The notes under the pieces were generated by a model. It had not been told where the DNA came from and did not search any database. It saw nothing but the letters and a program-made list of their open reading frames with translations. From an uncultured Planctomycetota bacterium (GTDB lineage Bacteria; Planctomycetota; SKW154): a stretch of DNA of 47,592 nt. The translations under genes and the position numbers were made by a program. The stretch is taken from the NCBI GenBank assembly GCA_964584815.1, contig CAZPBO010000002.1:1-47592 (forward strand), given 5' to 3'. Of this stretch, positions 24,339 through 33,446 are shown in pieces. Each line of letters opens with the position of its first letter. Position 1 is the stretch's first letter.

Positions 24339-25868
24339 TTGCGTGTGCTTTTTATATATCCCAACCAGAACGGTCAACCCGGCTTCCCATACGGTCTTGC
24401 GCATATATCCGCCGTCCTGAAGCAGTTCGGACACCAAACTCGGCTCATTAACCTCAACGAGAAGGTGGACAACTTAAGCGATGATGAGGTGGTGGATGCT
24501 GTCAAGCGCTGGGGCGCTGACATAGTTGGTTTTTCGGTGGTGACGATGCAATACGAGAAAGCCAAGAGTCTGGCAAAACTTGTGCGCCCGTATGTTAAGG
24601 CGGTGGTGGCAGGCGGCGTTCACATAACCATGCAGCCAATAGATGTCCTGCGCGATGGAGTGTTTGACTACATCTTCGTCGGCGAGGCTGACTTCTCATT
24701 TTGTGAGTTCGTCAACAGTTTGGAGTCGGGAAAAGATACCCCAAGCGTTTCGGGAGCGTGGTTTCAAGAAGACGAAAAACCCGTGATAAATGGGGTGCCG
24801 CCGCTGCCTGATGTGACAAAACTGCCTATGCGGGATTACACTTTCTGCGACTACCAGAAATTGCTTAACGCCCGCGACGGATGGGCGGGACTCCTCGCCT
24901 CACGCGGCTGCCCTTTCCGTTGCACCTACTGCTTCAACCACCGCTTTGTTGACTTCTACTGCCGCCACCTCAAAACCACCCCACGCAAACTCCGCTACAT
25001 CCGCACACACACCCCGCAACAAATCTGCGATGAGATTCGCTACCTGATTGAAAACTACAAAAATGTGCGGATGCTGATATTTGACGACGACATATTCACA
25101 CTGCGGCGCGACTTTTTGGCAGGCTTCCTCCAACGCTACAGGGAGATGGGACAGCCTGTGAGGTTTGTGTGCAATGCCCATGTGCGGGTGTTTGACGAGG
25201 AGTTGGCGCAACTTCTTGCGGCGTCGGGTTGCCGCATAGTGAAGTTCGGAATAGAGTCAGGTTCTGCGCGGATAAGACGGGGTGTTTTGCGCCGCTTTAT
25301 GTCCAACTCCGCCATAAAGCGCGCCTTCGCCGCCGCCGAAAACGCCAAACTCCACTCCTCCGCATTCGTCATGCTCGGTCTCCCTCTTGAAACAGAAGAC
25401 GACCTCATGGCTACCGTGCAACTGCTCGGAGAGGTGACCCCCGGGCGCTTCAGGTGGTCGGTCTTCTATCCGTTCCCCGGCACCGACGCCCACCGCATAG
25501 CCGAGCAGGCACAACTCATAGACCGCAAAAAGTTATCAGCGCTCAAAAACTTCTTCACCGACTCCCCTCTTGACTTCGGTCCGCGCCAAAATCTCCTCCT
25601 TGACAAACTCAACGCATGCCTTCCGTGGTTCGTCAATGCCGCCAGTTCCCTACCCTCCGCCCCATTCTACCGCCGCCTCACCGAAGACATCCTTGCTCTC
25701 AACGAAGAACAGTGGCAGGAGCGGAAAAAAAACATCCAAGAAGAGGATGCCGTTATCTCTGAAACGATGGTGCGTCTTGGACTCACACATTACGCCATAA
25801 AATACAACCGCTTTATGGGGGTGCGCAGTGATTATTTCCTTTCGGAGCAGCAGGAACAGATGATATGA
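24339..25868 (+). CDS. B12-binding-domain radical SAM protein (class B rSAM), substrate unknown
   Basis: Probable TTG start at 24339, with AGGAG 8 nt upstream inside the dnaE stop region. N-terminal cobalamin-binding-like RVLFIYPN...GLAHISAVLKQFGH...DIVGFSV. SAM cluster motif SRGCPFRCTYCFN (CxxxCxxC). Confidence 0.8.
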   Translation: MRVLFIYPNQNGQPGFPYGLAHISAVLKQFGHQTRLINLNEKVDNLSDDEVVDAVKRWGADIVGFSVVTMQYEKAKSLAKLVRPYVKAVVAGGVHITMQPIDVLRDGVFDYIFVGEADFSFCEFVNSLESGKDTPSVSGAWFQEDEKPVINGVPPLPDVTKLPMRDYTFCDYQKLLNARDGWAGLLASRGCPFRCTYCFNHRFVDFYCRHLKTTPRKLRYIRTHTPQQICDEIRYLIENYKNVRMLIFDDDIFTLRRDFLAGFLQRYREMGQPVRFVCNAHVRVFDEELAQLLAASGCRIVKFGIESGSARIRRGVLRRFMSNSAIKRAFAAAENAKLHSSAFVMLGLPLETEDDLMATVQLLGEVTPGRFRWSVFYPFPGTDAHRIAEQAQLIDRKKLSALKNFFTDSPLDFGPRQNLLLDKLNACLPWFVNAASSLPSAPFYRRLTEDILALNEEQWQERKKNIQEEDAVISETMVRLGLTHYAIKYNRFMGVRSDYFLSEQQEQMI

Positions 25869-25889
25869 ACCGTTCTGGAGGGCTGGATT

Positions 25890-26981
25890 TTGCGTGGGAT
25901 ATGGGTTATGGCAGCAATTCTTGTGGTGGCGTTTCTGCAGGGGGACGGCAGCGACCCCCGAAAAAGGCTGTCCGACCTTCTCAGAGACGAACTCAACCAG
26001 AAGGGAGGCGACCTGTATAGGTTGATAGGGCAGTTTTTGGGCAGGGAGAAGGGAGGCAATCTGGAGGGGCGCTGTGAGATGCTGCGTCTTCTGCGGGGAG
26101 CGATTGAGGCGTGGCTTGCCAGAAACGCACCTGACCGCCCCCTTCCGCCACCCGCCCCACGAAAGTTTTCTCCTGCCACAACAAGGTGCTACACCATCCA
26201 GAACCTCATAACTGGTGAGGATGCCCCGCCCCCTAATGCGGGACTTGTGAACCTTCTTGATGTTGCGGGTGCCGCACCGCTGGCACAGCCATCAACTTCT
26301 CAACTCATTCAAGTTCTGCGCCTTGTGGGTGGCACATCCGCCGTTTCCCTCAAAGAAGACGGCACATCTGCTGAGGTGACGACGAAGAAGCCACTCCACG
26401 CGCGGCTGCAGGCGCTCCTTAAATCGCTGTCGGATGTGGCGACGCCCGTCGGCGTGGACTTTGAGGTTTGGTCTGTGACGAGTGGTGTTTTAACGCGGCT
26501 GCTTGAAGATGGCGGCATCGTGGAGGGAGCCAAGCGCGACTATCTCTTTGCCTGCCGACGACGGGGCGACGCTTTTCTGGTCGCGTCCGGCTCGGTTCCG
26601 ACGCGCGACTGGTTCGCCGGTTGCGCCACAGTCGGCACGGAGTTCCGCTATCTGGGAGGATACGATAAGGGCAGACGCGTTGCGAGGAAGACCATCCGCA
26701 CGGGGATTGTCTTCTGGGTAAGACCGCTGTCTGTGGGTGGTGCGCGATGGTTGCTGCAGATAGCCGCCGCCCGCATCAGAACCCCCAGAACCATCCGCCG
26801 CTCCTACTCCAGCGGTCCTTACGAACTCCCCTTTACGAACGCCGCATTCCTCACCACCACCGCATCCCTCTGGGAAGGGCAGTGGACTTTGGTGGGCGCC
26901 ACCACAGCACTCTCCGATGAACCCGGCACATCCCTCATCCTCATCACCCGTGTGAGACCCGCAGTGGAGGAAAAACGATGA
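25890..26981 (+). CDS. Secreted hypothetical protein X (secretin-like sequence logic)
   Basis: Signal-like MRGIWVMAAILVVAFLQG. The start is uncertain (TTG 25890 or ATG 25908). It lies 21 nt after the rSAM gene, and its stop overlaps the next start (ATGA). See findings. Confidence 0.55.
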   Translation: MRGIWVMAAILVVAFLQGDGSDPRKRLSDLLRDELNQKGGDLYRLIGQFLGREKGGNLEGRCEMLRLLRGAIEAWLARNAPDRPLPPPAPRKFSPATTRCYTIQNLITGEDAPPPNAGLVNLLDVAGAAPLAQPSTSQLIQVLRLVGGTSAVSLKEDGTSAEVTTKKPLHARLQALLKSLSDVATPVGVDFEVWSVTSGVLTRLLEDGGIVEGAKRDYLFACRRRGDAFLVASGSVPTRDWFAGCATVGTEFRYLGGYDKGRRVARKTIRTGIVFWVRPLSVGGARWLLQIAAARIRTPRTIRRSYSSGPYELPFTNAAFLTTTASLWEGQWTLVGATTALSDEPGTSLILITRVRPAVEEKR

Positions 26982-27913
26982 GAGCGGTTCTGTTTTCTGT
27001 TATGGTTGGCTTTGTGTTTGTGGTTGCGCTTTTTGCGCAGCAGGCGGGTTCTCCGCAGAAGGAGCGTGTTGAGCGGATGTTGAAGATATACAGGGCGGCG
27101 GGGGAGTTGCTGTCGGAATTGGAGGGCGAGTTGGCGCGGAAGCGTCTTACCGCCGCGCTTCGCAACGACTTCTGCGTCTATGACCTCCGCGCACAGACCG
27201 TCCTCTTTGAGTCTGCCGATTTCGCCGCACCATATCCATCCTTCCACCCCCAAAAGCCACAACAAAACTCCACCCTTAAAGCACTTCGCGGGCTCCTTAA
27301 GGCAAAAACTTCCCCCTTTATGCTCAACATAAAGGGAAGGGTTGTCGCTGTTGCCGACGGGGATACTCTGCGCAAACTGACGAAAGCCGTTCAGACTCTG
27401 CGCGAAAAGCATAGACTTGCTGCGATGAAGTTGCGCGTGCAGATTCTTCTTCCACCCCGCGATGCGCAGGTAAAAAGCGGCGTTACTGACCCCGTTGCGC
27501 TTTTCGGGACATCGGTTGTGCGGGATATGTTTGTGAACACGATATCGGGCAAGGCGTGCGGACTTTTTGACGGGTGTCAGCACGCCTATGTGCCATCCTG
27601 CCGTAAGACAGAGAAGGGTTATGCTCCCGATATCGCGGTTCTTGGGGAGGGGTTGCGGGTGGTCATAAAAGCGCAGAGGGAAAAGGACGGCATAAAGGTG
27701 GAGTTGCTGGGCTATCTGCGTCGTCTGCGTGGGGTGGCATTGAAGCGTCTGCCGTCAGTGTCGCGGGATGTTCCGCCGCCGCTTGTTGATGTTCCCCGCA
27801 CCCAAACTGCGCAATTAAAACTCAACTTCACATTGGAAAAAGGAAAGGTCTTCATCCACCCACTGCGCCTGGGACAAAGTCGGTTCTGGCTGGCTGTCAG
27901 ACTGGTTGAATGA
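26978..27913 (+). CDS. Secreted hypothetical protein Y (secretin-like sequence logic)
   Basis: Signal peptide MRAVLFSVMVGFVFVVALFAQQ. Translationally coupled to X, with the same segment order as X. Confidence 0.55.
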   Translation: MRAVLFSVMVGFVFVVALFAQQAGSPQKERVERMLKIYRAAGELLSELEGELARKRLTAALRNDFCVYDLRAQTVLFESADFAAPYPSFHPQKPQQNSTLKALRGLLKAKTSPFMLNIKGRVVAVADGDTLRKLTKAVQTLREKHRLAAMKLRVQILLPPRDAQVKSGVTDPVALFGTSVVRDMFVNTISGKACGLFDGCQHAYVPSCRKTEKGYAPDIAVLGEGLRVVIKAQREKDGIKVELLGYLRRLRGVALKRLPSVSRDVPPPLVDVPRTQTAQLKLNFTLEKGKVFIHPLRLGQSRFWLAVRLVE

Positions 27914-27914
27914 C

Positions 27915-27999
27915 TGCCGGGGAAGGGAGTCGAACCCTTACCCCCTTAACGGGGACCGGATTTTGAATCCGGCGCGTCTGCCAGTTCCGCCACCCCGGC
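27915..27999 (-). tRNA. tRNA-Leu (anticodon CAA)
   Basis: The reverse complement GCCGGGGTGGCGGAACTGGCAGACGCGCCGGATTCAAAATCCGGTCCCCGTTAAGGGGGTAAGGGTTCGACTCCCTTCCCCGGCA folds as a cloverleaf. It has a long variable arm and anticodon arm CCGGA-TTCAAAA-TCCGG. No encoded CCA. Confidence 0.9.
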
Positions 28000-28011
28000 G
28001 TTCCATAAAAA

Positions 28012-28040
28012 TTTATAGCAGCAGAAGGTGCTGCTTTCAA
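28012..28040 (-). promoter_or_regulatory. tRNA-Leu promoter whose 17-nt spacer is itself a terminator-like hairpin
   Basis: Minus strand reads TAA(stop)-TC-TTGAAA-GCAGCACCTTCTGCTGC-TATAAA-TTTTTATGGAAC-tRNA. The spacer is a perfect 6-bp stem with a 5-nt loop, followed by a T-rich run. Confidence 0.5.
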
Positions 28041-28042
28041 GA

Positions 28043-29242
28043 TTACTGAACAAGTTGAGCGTAAATATCCCAGTCGCCGGGGTAGTTGCAATGCCAGGTG
28101 ATGAGGTATTCGTTGTCGCGGCAGTTCGGCGCGACGGCAGGACGCAGATTGGAAACCGCATAATCGCTTAAGAGCACGGCATCGCCGTAGGGGCTGCCGT
28201 AGGAATCAAGCGCAACACCCCAGATGTCCCAATTGCCGTTGTAGTCGTCTTCCCAAACGACGATGAAGCCGTCACAGGCGGTGTTGTATGCGAGGGCTGG
28301 GTTGCGTTGGTTGTTTGCATCATCAAAGATGGGGAAGTCATCGCCGAAGAGAGCGCCGTAATAGTCCACGCGGCGGGCGTAGATGCCCGAGTCGCCGTAG
28401 CGGTAGTCCTCCCAGACGACGAGGTAGAGGTCTTGGTAGGTGGAGTATGCGACGGCGGGGAAGAACTGGTCGGCGGGGTCGTCGCAGATGGGGATTTCGG
28501 ATGTGACGGGGACAGCGGAGGAGTTGACTATCCGCCCGTAAACATCGTAGTCGCCGTTCCGCGCATCCATCCACACCACCAAATACTCCCTATCATCGCT
28601 GTTGTATGCAACATCTGCGGACTGCTGGTCCGCACTGTTGACACAGAGCAGCACTACACTGCTTGCAGCATCAGCGTCGTTCTCGTACAACTGGCAGGCT
28701 ATGTCGGTGCCGCTGCCGACACTTTCCTCATCCCAGACAATCAGGAAATGCCCCGAATATGTGTCTGTGGCAAGGCGCGGTTCGCGCTCATCAAGTCCCG
28801 CCTGCGCCGTCACTTCAAACAGCAGCAAAACATTGCCGTCAGCGTCCACACGCGCACCCCATATGTCGGCATCCCCTCCGCTCCAGTCCTCCCACACCAC
28901 AACATATTCGTCTGAATACGGATTGTAAGCAACGCGGGGATACTGACAGGATGTGGAAATGCTTATGGAAAACGGGCTGACCACCACCGAACCACGATAA
29001 TCCTCCAGTATCGTCCCCATAATCTGCCCACCAGCCTCATAGACCACCATATACTCTCCTCTGTCTGGATTGTGCGCGCAGCAGGAATACCACTCGTCCG
29101 TTCCACTTGAGGTAACCTCAATGTTGTAGTTTATCGGTGTTATGGGACCTCCCCCGTGCGCCCACACCCAATCGCTGCTCTCCACATAACAGCCTGCGAC
29201 CAGCAACCCAAGACCTATCAAGATGCTTGCTACTTGGCGCAT
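28043..29242 (-). CDS. Lipoprotein with seven ~50-aa tandem repeats (predicted 7-bladed beta-propeller), family unknown
   Basis: Start at ATG 29242 (GGAGGGG RBS) gives [18 protein letters not shown] (lipobox LVAGC). Seven repeats follow the pattern (V)AYNxxxxEY(L/V)VVWEDxxxGxxDI(Y/W)GxRVxxxG. Confidence 0.75.
   Translation of the reverse strand: MRQVASILIGLGLLVAGCYVESSDWVWAHGGGPITPINYNIEVTSSGTDEWYSCCAHNPDRGEYMVVYEAGGQIMGTILEDYRGSVVVSPFSISISTSCQYPRVAYNPYSDEYVVVWEDWSGGDADIWGARVDADGNVLLLFEVTAQAGLDEREPRLATDTYSGHFLIVWDEESVGSGTDIACQLYENDADAASSVVLLCVNSADQQSADVAYNSDDREYLVVWMDARNGDYDVYGRIVNSSAVPVTSEIPICDDPADQFFPAVAYSTYQDLYLVVWEDYRYGDSGIYARRVDYYGALFGDDFPIFDDANNQRNPALAYNTACDGFIVVWEDDYNGNWDIWGVALDSYGSPYGDAVLLSDYAVSNLRPAVAPNCRDNEYLITWHCNYPGDWDIYAQLVQ
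28046..29086 (-). repeat. Seven in-frame protein-level tandem repeats inside the lipoprotein gene
   Basis: Examples: [144 protein letters not shown]. There are three more degenerate copies. Confidence 0.75.
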
Positions 29243-29352
29243 CTTATCCCCTCCACTTTCCAAAACATTTTAACGCTGAAGATGACAACAGTATTCAACG
29301 GAACCCCGTTTCTGCGTATATATTATTTGCGGGGCGCTGTAGGAGGCAGGCG

Positions 29353-30471
29353 ATGCGTGGGATGGTTTCCATAATAGGAGGTGTTGTGGTAGGAATTGTG
29401 GTGGGGCTTGTGGTGTCGCAATGTGGGATGCCCCAGAAGGTGATGCTTCCCGCCTACGACAAGGAAGCGCAGAAACTGCGCGACGAGTTGGCAAAGTTGC
29501 CCAAGCCGAGCAACCGTTTTGTGCTGGCGGCACGGCTTGTCAAACCCGCCGTCGTCAACATACAAGCCTTCGGAAGGCAGATGGTGGAGCATCCCTTTGC
29601 GCGTCTGTTCGGGGACGAGTTTTTCCGTCGTTTCTTCCGCGAGTTCCGCGATGTTCGCTCACTGGGCTCGGGCGTCATTGTTGACGAGAAAGGCTATGTT
29701 TTGACAAACCACCATGTTGTGCGTGGTGCCAGTCTGATACTTGTCAAACTGGCTGATGGGCGCTCATTCACCGCAAAACTGCTCGGGTCAGACCCTCTCA
29801 CCGACCTCGCCGTTCTGAAGATAGACGGGGAAAACCTGCCGACCGCGGAGTTGGGCGATTCAGACAGGCTTGAGGTGGGACAATGGGTTTTGGCGATAGG
29901 CAATCCGTTCGGGTTTGGTTGGACGGTGACGGCAGGGATAGTGTCGGCAAAAGGCAGGGCAAATGTCGGCGTGGCGGAGTTTGAGGATTTCATCCAAACC
30001 GACGCCGCCGTCAATCCCGGCAACTCCGGCGGTCCGCTCGTCAATCTTGACGGCAAGGTTGTGGGCATAACGACGGCGATAATCAGCCGCACGGGCGGCT
30101 ATCAGGGCATAAGTCTTGCTATTCCATCCAATATGGCGAAAGTTGTGATGCGCTCCATAATAAAGTATGGACGGATGATTCGGGGCTATATGGGTTGGAC
30201 GCTTGTAACGATGACGCCGCAGTTTGCGAGGCGTCTGCGGATGCGTTTTCGCCCAGGCGCGCTTGTTTGGGAAGTTTTGCGCGACTCGCCCGCTGAGGCC
30301 GCAGGCATCAGACCAGGTGATGTCATAACCGCGTTAAACGGCAAAAAGGTGACCGACGCCAAACGACTGCGCAACATCATCGCAACATATCAAGCAGGCA
30401 AAAAGGTTGAACTGACCATCTGGCGCGGTAAAAACAAAATGACCATAACCGCAACTGTGGGAGCAGAATGA
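29353..30471 (+). CDS. htrA: HtrA/DegP-family serine protease with one PDZ domain
   Basis: Start at ATG 29353 (AGGAGG RBS) with an N-terminal TM anchor. [19 protein letters not shown] (His) and [24 protein letters not shown] (Ser) are present, with a PDZ-like C-terminus. Confidence 0.9.
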   Translation: MRGMVSIIGGVVVGIVVGLVVSQCGMPQKVMLPAYDKEAQKLRDELAKLPKPSNRFVLAARLVKPAVVNIQAFGRQMVEHPFARLFGDEFFRRFFREFRDVRSLGSGVIVDEKGYVLTNHHVVRGASLILVKLADGRSFTAKLLGSDPLTDLAVLKIDGENLPTAELGDSDRLEVGQWVLAIGNPFGFGWTVTAGIVSAKGRANVGVAEFEDFIQTDAAVNPGNSGGPLVNLDGKVVGITTAIISRTGGYQGISLAIPSNMAKVVMRSIIKYGRMIRGYMGWTLVTMTPQFARRLRMRFRPGALVWEVLRDSPAEAAGIRPGDVITALNGKKVTDAKRLRNIIATYQAGKKVELTIWRGKNKMTITATVGAE

Positions 30472-31826
30472 TGGATGTTCGTCAAGCAGACAAAGATTTT
30501 ATCTGGCACCCATTTACGCAGATGAAGGAGTGGCACAAGGATTCGGCGCCACTTATCGTCGCAGCAGAAGGACACACCTTGATAGATGCAGACGGCAGGC
30601 GTTACATTGACGGAGTCTCCAGTCTGTGGTGCGCACCTTTGGGACACCGCCATCCAGAACTGGATGCCGCCCTCACAAAACAACTCTCCCGTTTCGCTCA
30701 CTCAACGCTTCTGGGACTTGCGTCTGAGCCCGCCGCAAAACTGGCGCAGAAACTCGTCTCCATAACCCCCAAGAAACTTACCAAGGTCTTCTTCTCCGAC
30801 AACGGTTCCACTGCGGTTGAGGTGGCGCTCAAAGTCCTTTTCCGCTATTTTCGCTTAACCGAACCGCAGGGAAGAAGAACAACATTCCTCTCCTTTCAGA
30901 ACGGCTATCACGGCGACACATTAGGCGCGGTCAGCGTTGGCGGAATAGAGGTTTTTCATCAGGATTTTGGTCCGCTGACATTCAGAACACTGCGTGCACC
31001 CTCCCCCTACTGCTACCACTGCCCACTCAACCTGAAGCGCAACACTTGCGGTCTTGCCTGCGCCGACAAAGCCGCAGAACTGATTGAGCAAAACGCAGAC
31101 CAATTATGTGGTGTGATAGTGGAGCCGAAGGTTCAGGCGGCAGGCGGTATGATTGTGCAGCCTGATGGATGGCTTGCGCGCATTGCAGGCGCTTGTGAGC
31201 GGAACGGAGTGCCGCTTATCGCCGATGAGGTGGCGGTGGGGTTTGGCAGAACGGGTAGAATGTTCGCCTGCGAACACGACGGGGTGGAACCCGACGCTAT
31301 GTGCCTTGCAAAGGCGCTGACGGCGGGATACCTGCCTCTTGCCGCCACACTCTTCACCCAGACCGTCTTCAACGCCTTTGTGGGAGACTACAGAAGGACA
31401 TTCTTCCACGGGCACACCTTCACGGGGAACGCGTTGGGGTCGGCGGTAGCCTGCGCCGCCATTGATATATACACAAAACGCGGCTTCCTTGAGCGGATAA
31501 ACCGCCTTGCAACGCTGCTCTCCGGTCTGCTTGAGCGTTTCAGGCGCCATCCCAATGTGGGGGATGTGAGGTGCTGCGGACTGCTTGCCGGCGTAGAACT
31601 GGTGCGTGATGTGAAAACGAAGGAACCATTTGACCAACAGCAAAGAGTGGGGCATAAAATCACGGTCGCCGCACGAAAATTCGGCATCATCACCCGCCCG
31701 TTGGGCGATGTCCTCGTCTTTATGCCGCCATATGTCATTCCTGAAGACGAACTTGAGCGGTTGGTGGATGGTGTATGGAAGGCGATGTGCGAGGTTTTGG
31801 GCGCCCCGTCTGTCACAAGTTTGTAA
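30468..31826 (+). CDS. bioA: Adenosylmethionine-8-amino-7-oxononanoate aminotransferase
   Basis: [46 protein letters not shown] and the PLP-lysine context [18 protein letters not shown]. Its ATG overlaps the htrA stop. Confidence 0.88.
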   Translation: MMDVRQADKDFIWHPFTQMKEWHKDSAPLIVAAEGHTLIDADGRRYIDGVSSLWCAPLGHRHPELDAALTKQLSRFAHSTLLGLASEPAAKLAQKLVSITPKKLTKVFFSDNGSTAVEVALKVLFRYFRLTEPQGRRTTFLSFQNGYHGDTLGAVSVGGIEVFHQDFGPLTFRTLRAPSPYCYHCPLNLKRNTCGLACADKAAELIEQNADQLCGVIVEPKVQAAGGMIVQPDGWLARIAGACERNGVPLIADEVAVGFGRTGRMFACEHDGVEPDAMCLAKALTAGYLPLAATLFTQTVFNAFVGDYRRTFFHGHTFTGNALGSAVACAAIDIYTKRGFLERINRLATLLSGLLERFRRHPNVGDVRCCGLLAGVELVRDVKTKEPFDQQQRVGHKITVAARKFGIITRPLGDVLVFMPPYVIPEDELERLVDGVWKAMCEVLGAPSVTSL

Positions 31827-31889
31827 ATGACAACTCTTCTGCGACATATTCTGCCTCCTTGTGGGTATAGTAGAACAAGGTTTGGGGGA

Positions 31890-33446
31890 ATGTCTATGCG
31901 CTGGCTGCTGATTCTGGGAGTTGTCTGTGTAGGTTTTACGCTTTTTGCGGATGGAGAAGGGGACAAAACGGACGAGTATCTGACAGAAGGTGCAAAGGTA
32001 GACAAAAAGCGTGTTAAAGAGGCGGTGAAGCGCGCTGTAGAATGGCTCAAAAGTCAGCAGAAGGAGGACGGACACTGGGAGGGGACAGGAACCTATATGG
32101 AGATGTATCCGTTTGGGACGACGGCGCTGGCGGTCTATGCGCTGCTTAAAGGCGGAGTGCCGCCAAACGACCCCTGCATACAGAAGGCGTTGAAATGGCT
32201 GAAGAAAGGCGGTTTTCCGGGAACATACTCTGTGAGTTGTCTTGTTCTGGCGCTTGCGGCGCTGTGCGAGCCACCTCCGCCCGAAAAGGAGGTGGAGAAA
32301 GTGAAGGTGAAGCAACTGAAGCGTCTGCGCACGCGTGTTTTTGAGCCTGTGGAGAAACGCATAAGGAAGCGCTTCAGGCGCGCCCCACGGTGGATTCAGG
32401 ACTGGCTTCGCCAAGCCGTCAACTGGCTGATTAAAGCCAAGACCAGAACGGTCTGGCGCTATCCTGGCAAAGACCCCGGTGAGATAAGATGCAAGAAGGG
32501 GACAGGGATTGGCGGCGGCGAAGACGCCTCAAACGCCCAATACGCGATGCTGGCAATGTTCGCCGCGCTGCGTCTGGGCATTCCCGTCCCAAAGCAACTC
32601 TTCATTGATGTTGCCGAATACTACATCAAGCAGCAGGACAAAGACGGGGCGGAGGTCAAGGGGTTTCCTGTGCCGGGGGCGGATTTGCCTTTGAAGCGGC
32701 TTAAGAAGATGATTGAGGAGCAACTGAAGCGTCTGAAGGAGGAGGCGCGCAAGACGATAGACGCATCGGAAGAGGGGCGCAAGGAACTGATACGGCGCCT
32801 TAAGACATCCGCCGTCCTGAAGGAGAATCCATATAAGAAGTTCGGTGGTGAGGTGAAGAAGATGAAGGCGCGGGGATGGTGCTACCTCCCGCGGGAGTTT
32901 CCCAAAGGTGGCAATGTTCCCGATGATATGTTCCGCACCACAGGCTCAATGACTACAAGCGGCATAATCGCGCTCTGTGTGTGCAAACTGGCGCTTGAAG
33001 GCACACCTTGGTATAAGGTAAACGGCAAACGGCTTGAGCAGGCGATACGGGATGGGGTGGCGTGGCTCGCCCATAACTGGACTCTGGACAAGAATCCAAA
33101 CTCTGGACCGGGGGACGCGTGGCGCTACTATTATTTCTACGGAGTTGAACGGGTGGGCGCGCTGGCTTTGGTGCGCAAAATCGGCAAGCACCTCTGGTAT
33201 GAGGAGATAGCAAACCGCATCCTCTCCGAGCAGCAGTCGGACGGTTCCTGGGCGGGCGAACGGGGGCAGTCCCCCAAAGCCAATGTCCTGCCCTTTGAGC
33301 ACGGTCCGCTGTGGAATACCTGCTTTGCGATTCTGATACTGAAACGCGCCACACCGCCCATCGTCGGCGGCAAGGACACTGACCTCGCCGTCACCGGCAA
33401 AGGTATCTTCGGACCCCGAAAAGAGCCCAAAAAAGAGAGGCGTTAG
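31890..33446 (+). CDS. Secreted prenyltransferase/squalene-oxidase-repeat (terpenoid-cyclase-fold) protein, paralog B
   Basis: Signal peptide MSMRWLLILGVVCVGFTLFA (start 31890 or 31896). AVKRAVEWLKSQQKEDGHWEG and EQQSDGSWAG motifs are present. It is collinear with 10273..11721, including the Lys/Glu-rich inserts. Confidence 0.65.
   Translation: MSMRWLLILGVVCVGFTLFADGEGDKTDEYLTEGAKVDKKRVKEAVKRAVEWLKSQQKEDGHWEGTGTYMEMYPFGTTALAVYALLKGGVPPNDPCIQKALKWLKKGGFPGTYSVSCLVLALAALCEPPPPEKEVEKVKVKQLKRLRTRVFEPVEKRIRKRFRRAPRWIQDWLRQAVNWLIKAKTRTVWRYPGKDPGEIRCKKGTGIGGGEDASNAQYAMLAMFAALRLGIPVPKQLFIDVAEYYIKQQDKDGAEVKGFPVPGADLPLKRLKKMIEEQLKRLKEEARKTIDASEEGRKELIRRLKTSAVLKENPYKKFGGEVKKMKARGWCYLPREFPKGGNVPDDMFRTTGSMTTSGIIALCVCKLALEGTPWYKVNGKRLEQAIRDGVAWLAHNWTLDKNPNSGPGDAWRYYYFYGVERVGALALVRKIGKHLWYEEIANRILSEQQSDGSWAGERGQSPKANVLPFEHGPLWNTCFAILILKRATPPIVGGKDTDLAVTGKGIFGPRKEPKKERR

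Noticed and set aside
31104-32414. 436-aa minus-strand ORF
   Set aside because: It runs antisense across the bioA 3' end and the start of paralog B, both of which have clear homology-type motifs. It is Arg/His/Leu/Gln-rich antisense-type sequence.
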